Shown one piece after another: positions 9,373 through 19,083 of a stretch of 64,000 nt of DNA (positions are counted from its first letter, which is position 1; each line of letters begins with the position of its first letter). The notes below the pieces were generated by a model. That model had not been told where the DNA came from, ran no database searches, and was given only the letters and a program-made list of their open reading frames with translations. The stretch is taken from NCBI RefSeq assembly GCF_964000115.1, contig NZ_CAXEWW010000005.1, one strand, 5' to 3'. This stretch comes from an uncultured Polaribacter sp. Its GTDB lineage: Bacteria; Bacteroidota; Bacteroidia; Flavobacteriales; Flavobacteriaceae. Both the position numbers and the translations under genes were made by a program.

Positions 9373-10152
9373 TTATGAGACAGCTATCCATAAAATCCGA
9401 GTTGCTACAAAGGCAATTAATAATGCAGTAGCCTTTTTGAGTTGAACAGGTGTGTAATAGGTGTTGCGCATTCTACTTCCAATTTGACCGCCAATAAAAA
9501 CCGTGACTAATAAAACAGCAGTGCTGTTCCAATCCATATAAAAGTCTGGACTTGAATACTGACCAATTAATCCTGCTAGCGAATTTACGAGTATAAAGAC
9601 ACTGGCAGTTGCTGCTATTTTTTTGGGAGTATCCCAATTTGTAAGGTGCAGTAAGGGTGCTAAAAAAATGCCCCCTCCAATTCCGACCATTCCAGAAATA
9701 AAACCAATAAAACTACCAAAACCAATATTTTTTAACTTTTTAGAGGTTGTTTTTTTTCTTTCAGAGGCAATAATCCGTTTTGAAAACCACATGGTGCTTG
9801 CGGCAAAAAACAGCGTACTTCCTAATAGAATAAAAAAGAACTGCTGACTTATTTTTACATATCCACCGAGATATGCAAATGGAATACTGCACAGGATTAA
9901 CGGGAGTATCTTTTTCCAATTTATTTTTTTTTGTAAAGAAAAGAAAAAAACATTGCTGGACACCACTACAATATTGCAGAGCAAAGCGGTTGCTCTTATT
10001 TGTGTAAAGACAATGCCCGTTAATGCTAAAATTGCCAAATAACTAGAGCCGCCGCCAAAACCAACGGACGCATATAAAATGGCCACAGTAAAAAACAGCA
10101 AGATAACCGGCCAATTATTTATAATTGATTCAAAAATGATTTGAATATCCAT
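9373..10152 (-). CDS. TauE/SafE family sulfite/anion exporter (259 aa)
   Basis: Eight hydrophobic segments with duplicated glycine-rich motifs (GFGGGSSYLAILAL and GIGGGIFLAPLL) typical of TauE/SafE. Confidence 0.7.
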   Translation of the reverse strand: MDIQIIFESIINNWPVILLFFTVAILYASVGFGGGSSYLAILALTGIVFTQIRATALLCNIVVVSSNVFFFSLQKKINWKKILPLILCSIPFAYLGGYVKISQQFFFILLGSTLFFAASTMWFSKRIIASERKKTTSKKLKNIGFGSFIGFISGMVGIGGGIFLAPLLHLTNWDTPKKIAATASVFILVNSLAGLIGQYSSPDFYMDWNSTAVLLVTVFIGGQIGSRMRNTYYTPVQLKKATALLIAFVATRILWIAVS

Positions 10153-10523
10153 AAAGCAAATATAATTTTCTATTTCTAGAAACTATTACAATCCATAAAA
10201 CTAATTGTGGGTAATTACCATATCAAACACTAAGAAGAGTATTATCAAGTATATCGGAAGTGCTATTAGAGCACCAGAGAATTTTTAGGAGGAGATTGGC
10301 GAAGAGCATTTTGTGTGGCGTAAAAACAACATACTGTGTTAGACTAGGGTTTGAAAAACCTGTAATGGAGTAGTTTGCAGGTGCAAAATTAAATATACAG
10401 AAAATTGCATCGACAGGCACTTGGCAACAAGAGGTATTAAAACGGTTACTTTATTCAATCCAGAAGTTGTGCAACGTATTATGGATCATCGCTTGAAATA
10501 CGTCTTGAAATAAATTAATTTAA

Positions 10524-10556
10524 ACCTGTTCTGCTTAAAAGCCTGACAGGTCTTTT
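10524..10556 (+). terminator. Terminator-like hairpin about 100 nt upstream of the ABC exporter start
   Basis: ACCTGT (10524-10529) pairs with ACAGGT (10546-10551), with a possible 3-bp inner helix, followed by CTTTTG. It sits 10 nt after the stop of an unanchored 52-codon open frame. Confidence 0.4.
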
Positions 10557-10653
10557 GGGTTGTTGTACTTTTGTTGATATGTCATGGTTTTTTCAGTTGG
10601 CATATAAATTGACACGAACAAACTATATATATATTCTAAAATTAAAAGCATTA

Positions 10654-12420
10654 ATGCAACACCTGAAAGATTCTAAAAAAGATAAAAAGAAACCTAAAGT
10701 ATCTATTTTAAAAGCGTTTAAAACTATTATTTGGCCAAAGCGAAAGCTTGTTTTTACAGGCTTGATACTTATTGTTTTTAGCAGATTATCGAGTCTGGTT
10801 GCGCCCTTAAAAATACAAACATTATTAGATGAGGTAATTCCGAATAAGGATTATGAGCAGCTTTACAGTTTATTATTGATTGTTGGTCTTGCAATTTTAG
10901 TGCAGGCAGTTACTTCTTTTTTATTGACACGTATATTAAGCGTTCAAGCGCAATATTTAATATCAGAATTAAGAGCACAGGTTCAAAAGAAAGTATTGTC
11001 GTTGCCCATTCGTTTTTTTGACAACACAAAATCTGGAGCTTTGGTCTCTCGAATTATGAGTGATGTAGAAGGAGTTCGGAATTTAATAGGAACCGGATTG
11101 GTGCAATTAGTTGGCGGAACGATTACAGCAGTAATTTCGATGGCATTGCTAATTCAGATTAGCCCATCGATGACCTTTTTTGTTTTGGTGCCTGTTGCTG
11201 TTTTCGGAATAGTGGCTTTAAAAGCCTTCAAGTATATTCGCCCGATTTTTAGAAATAGAGGAGTTATCAACGCAGATGTAAAAGGAAGATTAACAGAAAC
11301 ACTTTCTGGTGTTAGAGTGATCAAGGCATTTAATGCAGAAGCACAAGAAAATGAGACTTTTGAAAAAGGGGTAGACAAGTTATTTCAAAATGTAAAAAAG
11401 AGTTTAACAGCAACTGCAATTATGTCAAGTGCTGCTACTTTTTTATTGGGACTGGCAACTACCGGAATCATGGGAATTGGCGGTTATAAAATTATGATGG
11501 GAGAATTAACCGTTGGAGAATTTTTATCATTTACTTTTTTATTAGGCTTAATGATTGCGCCAATTGTGCAAATGAGTAATATTGGAAGTCAGCTAACAGA
11601 GGCGCTGGCAGGTTTGGATAGAACAGAAGAATTGATGAATATGTCTGCGGAAGAAGATGACGAAAATAGAACCATAATTTTAGAAAATATGAAAGGAGCG
11701 CTTGTTTTTGACAATGTCTCTTTTGCCTATGAAGAAGGAAAAGAAGTATTGAACAATATTAGTTTTCAAGTGCCTTCAGGTTCTGTAACGGCGTTGGTTG
11801 GAAGTTCGGGGTCTGGGAAATCTACGATTGCAGGTTTGTCAGCAACTTTCTTAAATCCGGAATCGGGTACCATCACAATCGACAACCAAGACATGGCAAA
11901 AGTGAAATTGTCTAGTTATCGAAAGCATTTAGGAGTGGTATTGCAGGACGAATTTTTATTTGAGGGAACCATTCGAGAAAACATCTTGTTTCCGAGGCCA
12001 GAAGCTAGCGAAGAGGAATTACAAAGTGCGGTAAAAGCGGCTTATGTAAGTGAGTTTACAGATCGTTTTGACGACGGTTTAGACACACTAATTGGAGAAA
12101 GAGGTGTCAAATTATCTGGTGGACAACGGCAGCGCTTGGCGATTGCAAGAGCAATTTTAGCAGATCCTAAAATCATAATTTTAGATGAGGCAACTTCTAG
12201 CTTAGATACAGAGAGTGAGTCTTTAATTCAGCAAAGTTTGTCAGAATTGGTAAAAGATAGAACTACAATCGTGATTGCACACAGATTGAGTACGATAAAA
12301 CAAGCAGATCAAATTTTAGTGGTTGAGGCAGGTAGTATTGTAGAAAGAGGAACGCACGACGCGTTGATTGCTGCTGGTGGTAGATATTTTGATTTATTTA
12401 CGTATCAATCTAAAATTTAA
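10654..12420 (+). CDS. ABC transporter, fused permease/ATP-binding protein (MsbA/exporter type, about 588 aa)
   Basis: Six-TM exporter domain followed by Walker A GSSGSGKST, signature LSGGQRQR and Walker B IIILDEATS. I place the start at ATG 10654 (MQHLKDSKKDKKKPK). The track ORF begins at TTG 10555 with an implausible extension. Confidence 0.9.
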   Translation: MQHLKDSKKDKKKPKVSILKAFKTIIWPKRKLVFTGLILIVFSRLSSLVAPLKIQTLLDEVIPNKDYEQLYSLLLIVGLAILVQAVTSFLLTRILSVQAQYLISELRAQVQKKVLSLPIRFFDNTKSGALVSRIMSDVEGVRNLIGTGLVQLVGGTITAVISMALLIQISPSMTFFVLVPVAVFGIVALKAFKYIRPIFRNRGVINADVKGRLTETLSGVRVIKAFNAEAQENETFEKGVDKLFQNVKKSLTATAIMSSAATFLLGLATTGIMGIGGYKIMMGELTVGEFLSFTFLLGLMIAPIVQMSNIGSQLTEALAGLDRTEELMNMSAEEDDENRTIILENMKGALVFDNVSFAYEEGKEVLNNISFQVPSGSVTALVGSSGSGKSTIAGLSATFLNPESGTITIDNQDMAKVKLSSYRKHLGVVLQDEFLFEGTIRENILFPRPEASEEELQSAVKAAYVSEFTDRFDDGLDTLIGERGVKLSGGQRQRLAIARAILADPKIIILDEATSSLDTESESLIQQSLSELVKDRTTIVIAHRLSTIKQADQILVVEAGSIVERGTHDALIAAGGRYFDLFTYQSKI

Positions 12421-12470
12421 GTAGTATTCTTATATAAGTAATACTTCAAAGAACGACTTATGGATTCAAT

Positions 12471-13013
12471 TTATTTTAAATGCTTTATAATCTTATCGTA
12501 AACACCAGCATAATAGTTGTGAAATTGAGGGAGCAGTACGTTTTTAAGGTTCTTCGTTTCTTTTAGAATACTGAGGTCCCACAACTTTAAACCGTCAACT
12601 TCTTCCCGCTGCATGGTGAGCGTTGCAAGCGCTACTTCTAGTTCCGCAATAAAAACGTGGTGGTGTTCATTGTCCTTAATTCCGTTTTCGTGTGCTACTT
12701 GATGTATTCTAGTTCCAATTTTAACCAGTTTTTTGTTTTCAATTTTCAAACCAATTTCTTCTAGAATTTCTCTTTTTGCACCTTCTAACACGGTTTCACC
12801 GGCGCCAATATGTCCCGCAACAGAAATATCCCAAATGCCTGGAAATACTTTTTTAGTGTGGGCTCTTTTTTGAAGTAGTATTTTTTTATCGGAAGTAAAA
12901 AACCAAATATGTGCGGTGGCGTGGAACCAACCGTTTTTGTGAGCTTCTGATTTTAAAGCTGTTTTTCCTGTTGGCTTGCCTTCTGGAGTAAGGATGTCTA
13001 TAAGTTCGTCCAT
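12471..13013 (-). CDS. NUDIX hydrolase (180 aa)
   Basis: Nudix box GHIGAGETVLEGAKREILEEIGL (GX5EX7REUXEEXGU). Confidence 0.85.
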   Translation of the reverse strand: MDELIDILTPEGKPTGKTALKSEAHKNGWFHATAHIWFFTSDKKILLQKRAHTKKVFPGIWDISVAGHIGAGETVLEGAKREILEEIGLKIENKKLVKIGTRIHQVAHENGIKDNEHHHVFIAELEVALATLTMQREEVDGLKLWDLSILKETKNLKNVLLPQFHNYYAGVYDKIIKHLK

Positions 13014-13023
13014 ATCAAAAGAA

Positions 13024-13074
13024 AAACGTCATTGTAAAAAAAACACGCTAATATTTCCGTTTACAATGACGTTT
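13024..13074 (-). terminator. Perfect 15-bp inverted repeat between the M42 peptidase and NUDIX genes
   Basis: AAACGTCATTGTAAA (13024-13038) and TTTACAATGACGTTT (13060-13074) are exact reverse complements separated by 21 nt. On the minus strand a T-rich tract (TTCTTTTGAT) follows. Confidence 0.5.
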
Positions 13075-13080
13075 AATTAT

Positions 13081-14169
13081 TTATTCAAAATAAGAGAACG
13101 TTTCTCCGCCCTTGATATTTAATAATGTTTCATAAATCATTTTAATCACGTTTTCTACGTCCTCTCTGTGGACCATTTCTACAGTGGTGTGCATATATCT
13201 TAATGGTAAAGATATCAATGCAGAGGCTACACCTCCATTGCTATAGGCAAAAGCATCTGTATCTGTCCCCGTTGCTCTTGACAAGGCAGAGCGTTGAAAA
13301 GGTATTTTATTTGCTTCCGCAGTTTCTGTAATTAAATCTCTTAATTTTTGCTGCACCGCAGGCGCATACGCAATCACAGGACCTTTCCCCATTTCTAAAA
13401 GACCTTCTGTTTTCTTATCAATCATTGGAGTTGTTGTGTCGTGCGTAACATCTGTGACAATAGCAACGTTTGGTTGTATGGTTTGACTTATCATTTCTGC
13501 TCCACGCAATCCTATTTCTTCTTGCACAGAGTTTGTAATATATAAACCAAAAGGCAATTCCTTTTTATTTTCTTTCAATAAACGCGCAACTTCAGCAATC
13601 ATAAATCCCCCCATTCTGTTATCCAATGCGCGACAGACAAATTTGTCTCCGTTTAAAACATGAAATTCATCTGGATAGGTGATCACACAACCAACGTGAA
13701 TACCTAAGTTTTCAACTTCGGTCTTGGTTGCACAACCGGTGTCAATAAAAATGTTATCTGGTTTTGGAGCTTCTTCCTTGGCCTTATTTCTTGTATGAAT
13801 TGCTGGCCAACCAAAAACACCTTTTACAATGCCTTTTTTAGTATGAATATTTACAATTTTACTAGGTGCAATTTGGTGATCTGATCCTCCATTTCTAATC
13901 ACGTAAATCAATCCATTATCAGAAATATAATTTACATACCAAGAAATTTCATCAGCATGGCCCTCAATAACTACTTTGTACTTTGCATCGGGATTGATAA
14001 CTCCAACTGCAGATCCATAGGTGTCTGTAATAAAGGTATCTACATATGGTTTTAGGTAATCCATCCAAATTTTTTGTCCTTCCCATTCATATCCAGTAGG
14101 AGCAGCGTTATTCAAATATTTTTCTAAAAACGTAAGTGATTCTTTATTTAGTATTGTGTTTTTTGCCAT
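13081..14169 (-). CDS. M42 family metallopeptidase (glutamyl aminopeptidase/FrvX-like, 362 aa)
   Basis: M42 pattern: GHADEIS, ALDNRMGG, SVQEEIGLRGA, and a C-terminal metal-binding region (PLRYMHT). Confidence 0.8.
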   Translation of the reverse strand: MAKNTILNKESLTFLEKYLNNAAPTGYEWEGQKIWMDYLKPYVDTFITDTYGSAVGVINPDAKYKVVIEGHADEISWYVNYISDNGLIYVIRNGGSDHQIAPSKIVNIHTKKGIVKGVFGWPAIHTRNKAKEEAPKPDNIFIDTGCATKTEVENLGIHVGCVITYPDEFHVLNGDKFVCRALDNRMGGFMIAEVARLLKENKKELPFGLYITNSVQEEIGLRGAEMISQTIQPNVAIVTDVTHDTTTPMIDKKTEGLLEMGKGPVIAYAPAVQQKLRDLITETAEANKIPFQRSALSRATGTDTDAFAYSNGGVASALISLPLRYMHTTVEMVHREDVENVIKMIYETLLNIKGGETFSYFE

Positions 14170-14272
14170 TGTATTTTTTGTAAAAATGATTTTTTTCTAG
14201 TAAAACGTAAAAATAAAGCGATTTTTTATGATTTCTATTAAAAAAATCACAAAAAAATGTAACAAAAGAGCT

Positions 14273-14280
14273 TACTTTTG
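14273..14280 (+). promoter_or_regulatory. Candidate -7 promoter box TACTTTTG for the ABC ATPase / permease-M1 operon
   Basis: Exact TAnnTTTG match 39 nt upstream of the ATG at 14319, in the divergent intergenic region shared with the M42 gene. Confidence 0.4.
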
Positions 14281-14318
14281 CACTAATCAACAAAGTTTAA
14301 ACTTTAAAAAGAGATCCA

Positions 14319-15212
14319 ATGAAATTAGTAATTAAAAATCTAACGAAAACTTATAAAAATGGCGTAAAAGCCATTGATAATTTAAGTATTGAAATTGGTA
14401 TCGGAATGTTCGGTTTACTCGGTCCAAACGGAGCAGGGAAATCTTCGTTGATGCGAACAATCGCAACTTTGCAAAGTCCCGATTCGGGTTCCATTACTTT
14501 TGGAGATATTAAGGTGTTGGAAGACAACATGTCTTTAAGAAAAGTACTTGGATATTTGCCGCAGTCTTTTGGTGTATATCCAAAAATGTCTGCGGAAGAA
14601 TTGTTAGATTATTTTGCAACTTTGAAAGGAATTTCAAATAAGTTGGAACGAAAAGCAATCGTAAAAGAAGTGTTAGAAATTACAAATTTATATGAGGTAA
14701 GGGCAAAGAATGTTGCGGGATACTCTGGCGGAATGAAACAACGTTTTGGTATTGCACAACTTCTTTTAAACAACCCGAAGTTAATTATTGTGGATGAGCC
14801 AACCGCAGGACTTGATCCAGCAGAGAGACAACGATTTTTAAATGTTTTACGTGAAGTTGGTAGTAATTGTACTGTTATTTTTTCTACACATATTGTAGAA
14901 GATGTAAAAGAGCTTTGCAATGAAATGGCAATTTTAAATGGAGGTAAAATTTTAAAGCATTCCACACCGCAAGAAGCAACAAAAGAATTAGAAAATACAA
15001 TCTGGACAAAAGTTATTGAGAAAGATGATTTAGAGCTAAACATGAAATTGTACAACGTATTATCTCGTAATTTTAATCCAGACAATACGTTAAACATTCG
15101 GGTGTATTCAGAGACAAAGCCTGCTGACGATTTTCTTTCATCACCGCCACAGCTAGATGACGTTTACTTCATCGCTTTAAAACAAGAGGAGCCAATTTTA
15201 ACGGGTTCATAG
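14319..15212 (+). CDS. ABC transporter ATP-binding protein (ABC-2/DrrA-like, 297 aa)
   Basis: Walker A GPNGAGKSS, signature YSGGMKQR, Walker B LIIVDEPTAGLD, H-loop STHI. Confidence 0.9.
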   Translation: MKLVIKNLTKTYKNGVKAIDNLSIEIGIGMFGLLGPNGAGKSSLMRTIATLQSPDSGSITFGDIKVLEDNMSLRKVLGYLPQSFGVYPKMSAEELLDYFATLKGISNKLERKAIVKEVLEITNLYEVRAKNVAGYSGGMKQRFGIAQLLLNNPKLIIVDEPTAGLDPAERQRFLNVLREVGSNCTVIFSTHIVEDVKELCNEMAILNGGKILKHSTPQEATKELENTIWTKVIEKDDLELNMKLYNVLSRNFNPDNTLNIRVYSETKPADDFLSSPPQLDDVYFIALKQEEPILTGS

Positions 15213-15281
15213 TTTTTAATTTAAATTTTTAACTACGTTTTAGTTTTACTACTTCAATGCAACACTCATAACCTAACTACT

Positions 15282-18200
15282 ATGTTTTCTACAATTTTCA
15301 AACAAGAATTAAAATATTGGTTTAACAAGCCAATTTTTTACGTGTATGCAGTTATTTTTTTACTGTTATCATTTCTGATATCGGCAACAACTGCTGGTAT
15401 TTGGGACGGTATCACAGGCACAACGGGCTCTTCTCAAATTGTGAATTCTCCAATTAATGTAAATGGTTTGTTCAATGCCTTTACTATTTTTATTTTTTTT
15501 CTGTTTCCTTCTATTATTGGCGTCTCTATTTATAGAGATTTTAAAAGTGAAATGCATACTATTTTATACTCGTATCCATTTTCAAAAGCAGATTATTTGT
15601 TCGCTAAGTTTTTTAGTGGAATTGTAGTGGTATCTGTTATCGTTTTTGGGATTGCTATAGGAATGATTATTGGTTTTCGATTTCCCGGAACCAACGCTGC
15701 TATTGTTGGTGATTTTAATACCATCCCTTATTTGCAATCTTACCTTATTTATATTTTACCGAATGTGCTGTTTTTTGGGGCAGTGGTTTTTGCGGTAGTC
15801 ACTTTTTCTAGAAATATTGCTGCAGGCTTTATCACTGTAATTATTTTATTATTTGTAAAAGGGGCAGTTTCTAGTATTCTTTCAGAGCCAGAATATGCTA
15901 CGCTACTTGCCATTTTAGATCCTTTTGGAGCATCGGCAGCCGAATACTACACTAAATATTGGACAGTCTCCGAGCAAAACGAGTTACAAATCCCAATTAT
16001 GGAACTCGTTCTTTACAATCGATTGTTATGGTTGGTTGTTTCTTCTTTAATTTTTGGTTTGGTGTATAAACATTTTAAATTCAGTCAAAATGCCATTGTG
16101 ATCTCTTTTAGAAAACGAAAAGGAGAAAGGCTTATCAAAACAAACTTTAGTGGGATTACTAAAATAACACTACCAAAAGTAACACAAGACTATTCATTTA
16201 CTCAGAATATAAAAACAATGTGGCGTCTGTCGAACATTGATTTTAAATATATTTTTCGGAGTTTGCCCTTTCTTTGTATTCTTATCGTGGGTGTATTGCT
16301 GCTCCTAGGAACTTTATTTAGTTCTGGTCAAATTTTTGGGACAAATACGCTACCAGTAACTTGGCAAATGCTAATTGGTGGAGACGTATTTAGTGCATTG
16401 GTTCTAAATGTGTGTACTTTTTTATATGCAGGAATATTGGTACAAAGAGCCAGAACAGCGCGTATTAGCCATTTGGTGGATAGTACGCCGATACCAAATT
16501 GGACCTTATTATTTTCTAAATTAATTGCCTTATTAAAAATGCAACTTGTCTTATTGGCTGTAATCATGGTTTCTGGTATGTTGTTTCAGGTATATCAAGG
16601 CTATTATGATTTTGAAATCGGTCATTATTTAAAAGAACTATTTGGTTTGAAATTCTTGAATTATTTAGTGTGGGCTTTGCTGGCGATTTTTATTCAGACA
16701 TTGGTAAAAAATCAATATTTAGGGTTCTTTATTTTATTAATAGTTGCGATTGGAATTCCGTTTTTATCGCTAATTGGAATTGAAAATGCTGTTTTAAAAT
16801 ACAATGAAGGTCCTGGTTTTAGCTATTCAGACATGAATGGATATGGTTCTGCATTGTCAAGATACCTTTGGTATAAATTGTATTGGGTTTTGGGAGGAAG
16901 CGTCCTTTTAATTTTAAGCACTTTAATGTGGGTAAGAGGATTGCCAAATTCTTTTGCAGAGCGGATTTATATTGCAAAAGAAAGATTCACAATGGCAAAG
17001 AAGATAAGCTTGGGTGTTGGTTTAACTGCTTTTCTATGCTTGGGGATTACTATTTTTATAAAAACGAAACCAGATAGAAAAAACTCAGCATCAAAACAAG
17101 CGGAGTTGAATGCGGTGAAATGGGAAAAAACCTATAAAAAATACGAAGCATATGTGCAGCCTAGAGTGGTTGCTGTAAACGCAGAAGTACATCTTTTTCC
17201 AAAGAAAAAAACATACGAAGCCGCTGCTGTATTTACGTACGTGAATAAAACGGACGAGGCGATAGACAGTCTTTTTTTAAACCACAACTCTTTAGAAAGT
17301 ACTTTTGAATTTAATAAACCAAATAGCTTAGTGGTAGAGGATACTGTGTTTCATTTTGATGTTTATGCCTTTGATGAGCAGATAGCACCAGGAGATTCTT
17401 TGCAATTAACAGTGCATGTAAAGAGTGAAGAGAATACAATCTTTCAAAGGAAGTCTCCAATCATAGCAAATGGAACCTTTATAAGTAACGGTGCAATGTT
17501 CCCAACTTTAGGTTATACTTCTAGTGGCGAGTTGAGAGACAATAAAACGCGTAAAAAATACGATTTAGCACCGAATAACTTACGTCCACATCCATCAGAT
17601 ACTACAGCTTTAGGAAACACGTATATTTCTAAAGATTCCGATTGGATTGATTTTGAAGCTACGGTGAGTACTTCTGAGGATCAGATTGCCATTGCCCCTG
17701 GTTATTTGCAAAAAGAATGGGTAGAAGATAGCAGGCGCTATTTTCATTATAAAATGGATAGTAAGATTCTGAATTTCTATGCATTTAATTCTGCAAGATA
17801 TGAAGTTAAAAAGGAGCTTTGGAAAGGCATCAGTTTGGAAATTTACTACCACAAGCCCCATACTTATAATTTAGATCGAATGTTAAAAGGAATGAAAGCA
17901 TCGCTTTCATACAACGCAAAGAATTTTAGTCCATATACACACAAACAGCTCAGGATTATAGAGTTTCCAAGAACTGCAGGAACTTTCGCACAAGCATTTG
18001 CCAATACCATTCCTTTTTCAGAGGGCTTTGGTTTTATTGCAGATGTGGATGAAGAAGAGGAAGGTGGTGTAGATTATCCCTTTGCGGTAACCGTGCATGA
18101 AGTAGCCCACCAATGGTGGGCGCATCAAGTAATTGGTGCGGATGTTTTAGGGGCAACAATGTTGTCTGAAAGCATGTCGGAATATGTTTCTTTAAAAGTG

Positions 18201-18938
18201 TTAGAACACCAAAACGGGAAGTCTCAAATGCGGACCTTTTTAAAGAAGGCATTAGACGGATATTTGCTGCAAAGAACTGCAGAGACAAAAAGAGAAAATC
18301 CATTGATGTATAATGACGGTCAAGGGTATATTCACTATCAAAAAGGGTCGTTGGTTTTCTATGCTTTGAGTGATTACATTGGAGAAGAAAAGTTAAATGG
18401 CGCCTTGAAAAAATATGTAGAAAAAGTAAAATTTCAAGAACCACCGTATACAACTTCTATTGAAATGGTGGACTATATTAGAGCTGTAACGCCAGATTCT
18501 TTAAGCTATGTCATTAAAGATATGTTTGAAACCATAACGCTTTACAAAAACAGAATTGTGGAGGTGAAATCTACAAAACTAGAAAATGGCTCGTATGAAG
18601 TAGCACTCGAGTTTGAAGTTTCTAAGTATCGGAATGACGAAAAGGGTAGAAAATATTATGGTGAAAAAATAGGGGATACTTTACGGTATCAAACAGATAA
18701 AATGAGCAAGCCTATTTTATCAGTTCTTTTGGCAGATTACATCGATCTTGCGATTTTTTCAGAAGAAGAGATTGACGGCGTGAAGAAAGAGAAGCAGTTG
18801 TATTTTAAAAAGCACAAAATAACACAGATTCATAATAAAATTACATTAATTGTTGCTGAAAAACCTTTAGAAGTGGGTATAGATCCCTACAATAAATTAA
18901 TAGACACCAAGTCAGACGACAATCGTAGGAAATTATAA
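15282..18938 (+). CDS. Fusion protein: duplicated ABC-2 type permease (about 13 hydrophobic segments) + C-terminal M1-family zinc metallopeptidase domain (1218 aa)
   Basis: Residues 1 to about 595 are polytopic. The C-terminal half carries the gluzincin motif VTVHEVAHQWWAH followed by ...LSESMSEY (HEXXH plus a downstream Glu). The position of the M1 GAMEN exopeptidase motif reads AQAFAN. Lies 69 nt downstream of the ABC ATPase. Confidence 0.8.
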   Translation: MFSTIFKQELKYWFNKPIFYVYAVIFLLLSFLISATTAGIWDGITGTTGSSQIVNSPINVNGLFNAFTIFIFFLFPSIIGVSIYRDFKSEMHTILYSYPFSKADYLFAKFFSGIVVVSVIVFGIAIGMIIGFRFPGTNAAIVGDFNTIPYLQSYLIYILPNVLFFGAVVFAVVTFSRNIAAGFITVIILLFVKGAVSSILSEPEYATLLAILDPFGASAAEYYTKYWTVSEQNELQIPIMELVLYNRLLWLVVSSLIFGLVYKHFKFSQNAIVISFRKRKGERLIKTNFSGITKITLPKVTQDYSFTQNIKTMWRLSNIDFKYIFRSLPFLCILIVGVLLLLGTLFSSGQIFGTNTLPVTWQMLIGGDVFSALVLNVCTFLYAGILVQRARTARISHLVDSTPIPNWTLLFSKLIALLKMQLVLLAVIMVSGMLFQVYQGYYDFEIGHYLKELFGLKFLNYLVWALLAIFIQTLVKNQYLGFFILLIVAIGIPFLSLIGIENAVLKYNEGPGFSYSDMNGYGSALSRYLWYKLYWVLGGSVLLILSTLMWVRGLPNSFAERIYIAKERFTMAKKISLGVGLTAFLCLGITIFIKTKPDRKNSASKQAELNAVKWEKTYKKYEAYVQPRVVAVNAEVHLFPKKKTYEAAAVFTYVNKTDEAIDSLFLNHNSLESTFEFNKPNSLVVEDTVFHFDVYAFDEQIAPGDSLQLTVHVKSEENTIFQRKSPIIANGTFISNGAMFPTLGYTSSGELRDNKTRKKYDLAPNNLRPHPSDTTALGNTYISKDSDWIDFEATVSTSEDQIAIAPGYLQKEWVEDSRRYFHYKMDSKILNFYAFNSARYEVKKELWKGISLEIYYHKPHTYNLDRMLKGMKASLSYNAKNFSPYTHKQLRIIEFPRTAGTFAQAFANTIPFSEGFGFIADVDEEEEGGVDYPFAVTVHEVAHQWWAHQVIGADVLGATMLSESMSEYVSLKVLEHQNGKSQMRTFLKKALDGYLLQRTAETKRENPLMYNDGQGYIHYQKGSLVFYALSDYIGEEKLNGALKKYVEKVKFQEPPYTTSIEMVDYIRAVTPDSLSYVIKDMFETITLYKNRIVEVKSTKLENGSYEVALEFEVSKYRNDEKGRKYYGEKIGDTLRYQTDKMSKPILSVLLADYIDLAIFSEEEIDGVKKEKQLYFKKHKITQIHNKITLIVAEKPLEVGIDPYNKLIDTKSDDNRRKL

Positions 18939-19083
18939 TATTGTATTGTTGGTAAAGTTGGCTATATAAGCCATTATCAGGGCATGGTTTCGATGTTTGT
19001 TTTTTTTACTGATAGGGTTATTTAAAATATTGGAAATAGTAAGAGAATAAATGTTATTTTTATGTTTTATAATTTCACTGTAA

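Noticed and set aside
9172-9431. Two short plus-strand ORFs (62 and 61 aa) between and over the TerC and TauE genes
   Set aside because: They overlap the 5' end of TerC and the 3' end of TauE on the opposite strand and have no features of real proteins.
10223-10420. 65-aa minus-strand ORF in the long gap upstream of the ABC exporter
   Set aside because: It has no motif, odd composition and no promoter-like box. It is kept only as part of the finding on that gap.
10555-10653. N-terminal 33-codon extension of the ABC exporter (track start at TTG 10555)
   Set aside because: The extension (GCCTFVDMSWFFQ...) overlaps the terminator T-run and looks non-protein-like. The ATG at 10654, followed by a basic cytoplasmic N-terminus, fits exporter proteins.
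14609-15097. 162-aa antisense ORF inside the ABC ATPase gene. Similar cases are 18034..18453 in the M1 domain, 45668..46132 in GH17 and 55422..55790 in the regulator.
   Set aside because: The sense-strand genes carry unambiguous catalytic motifs. The antisense frames are low-complexity and overlap them fully, so I judge them spurious.
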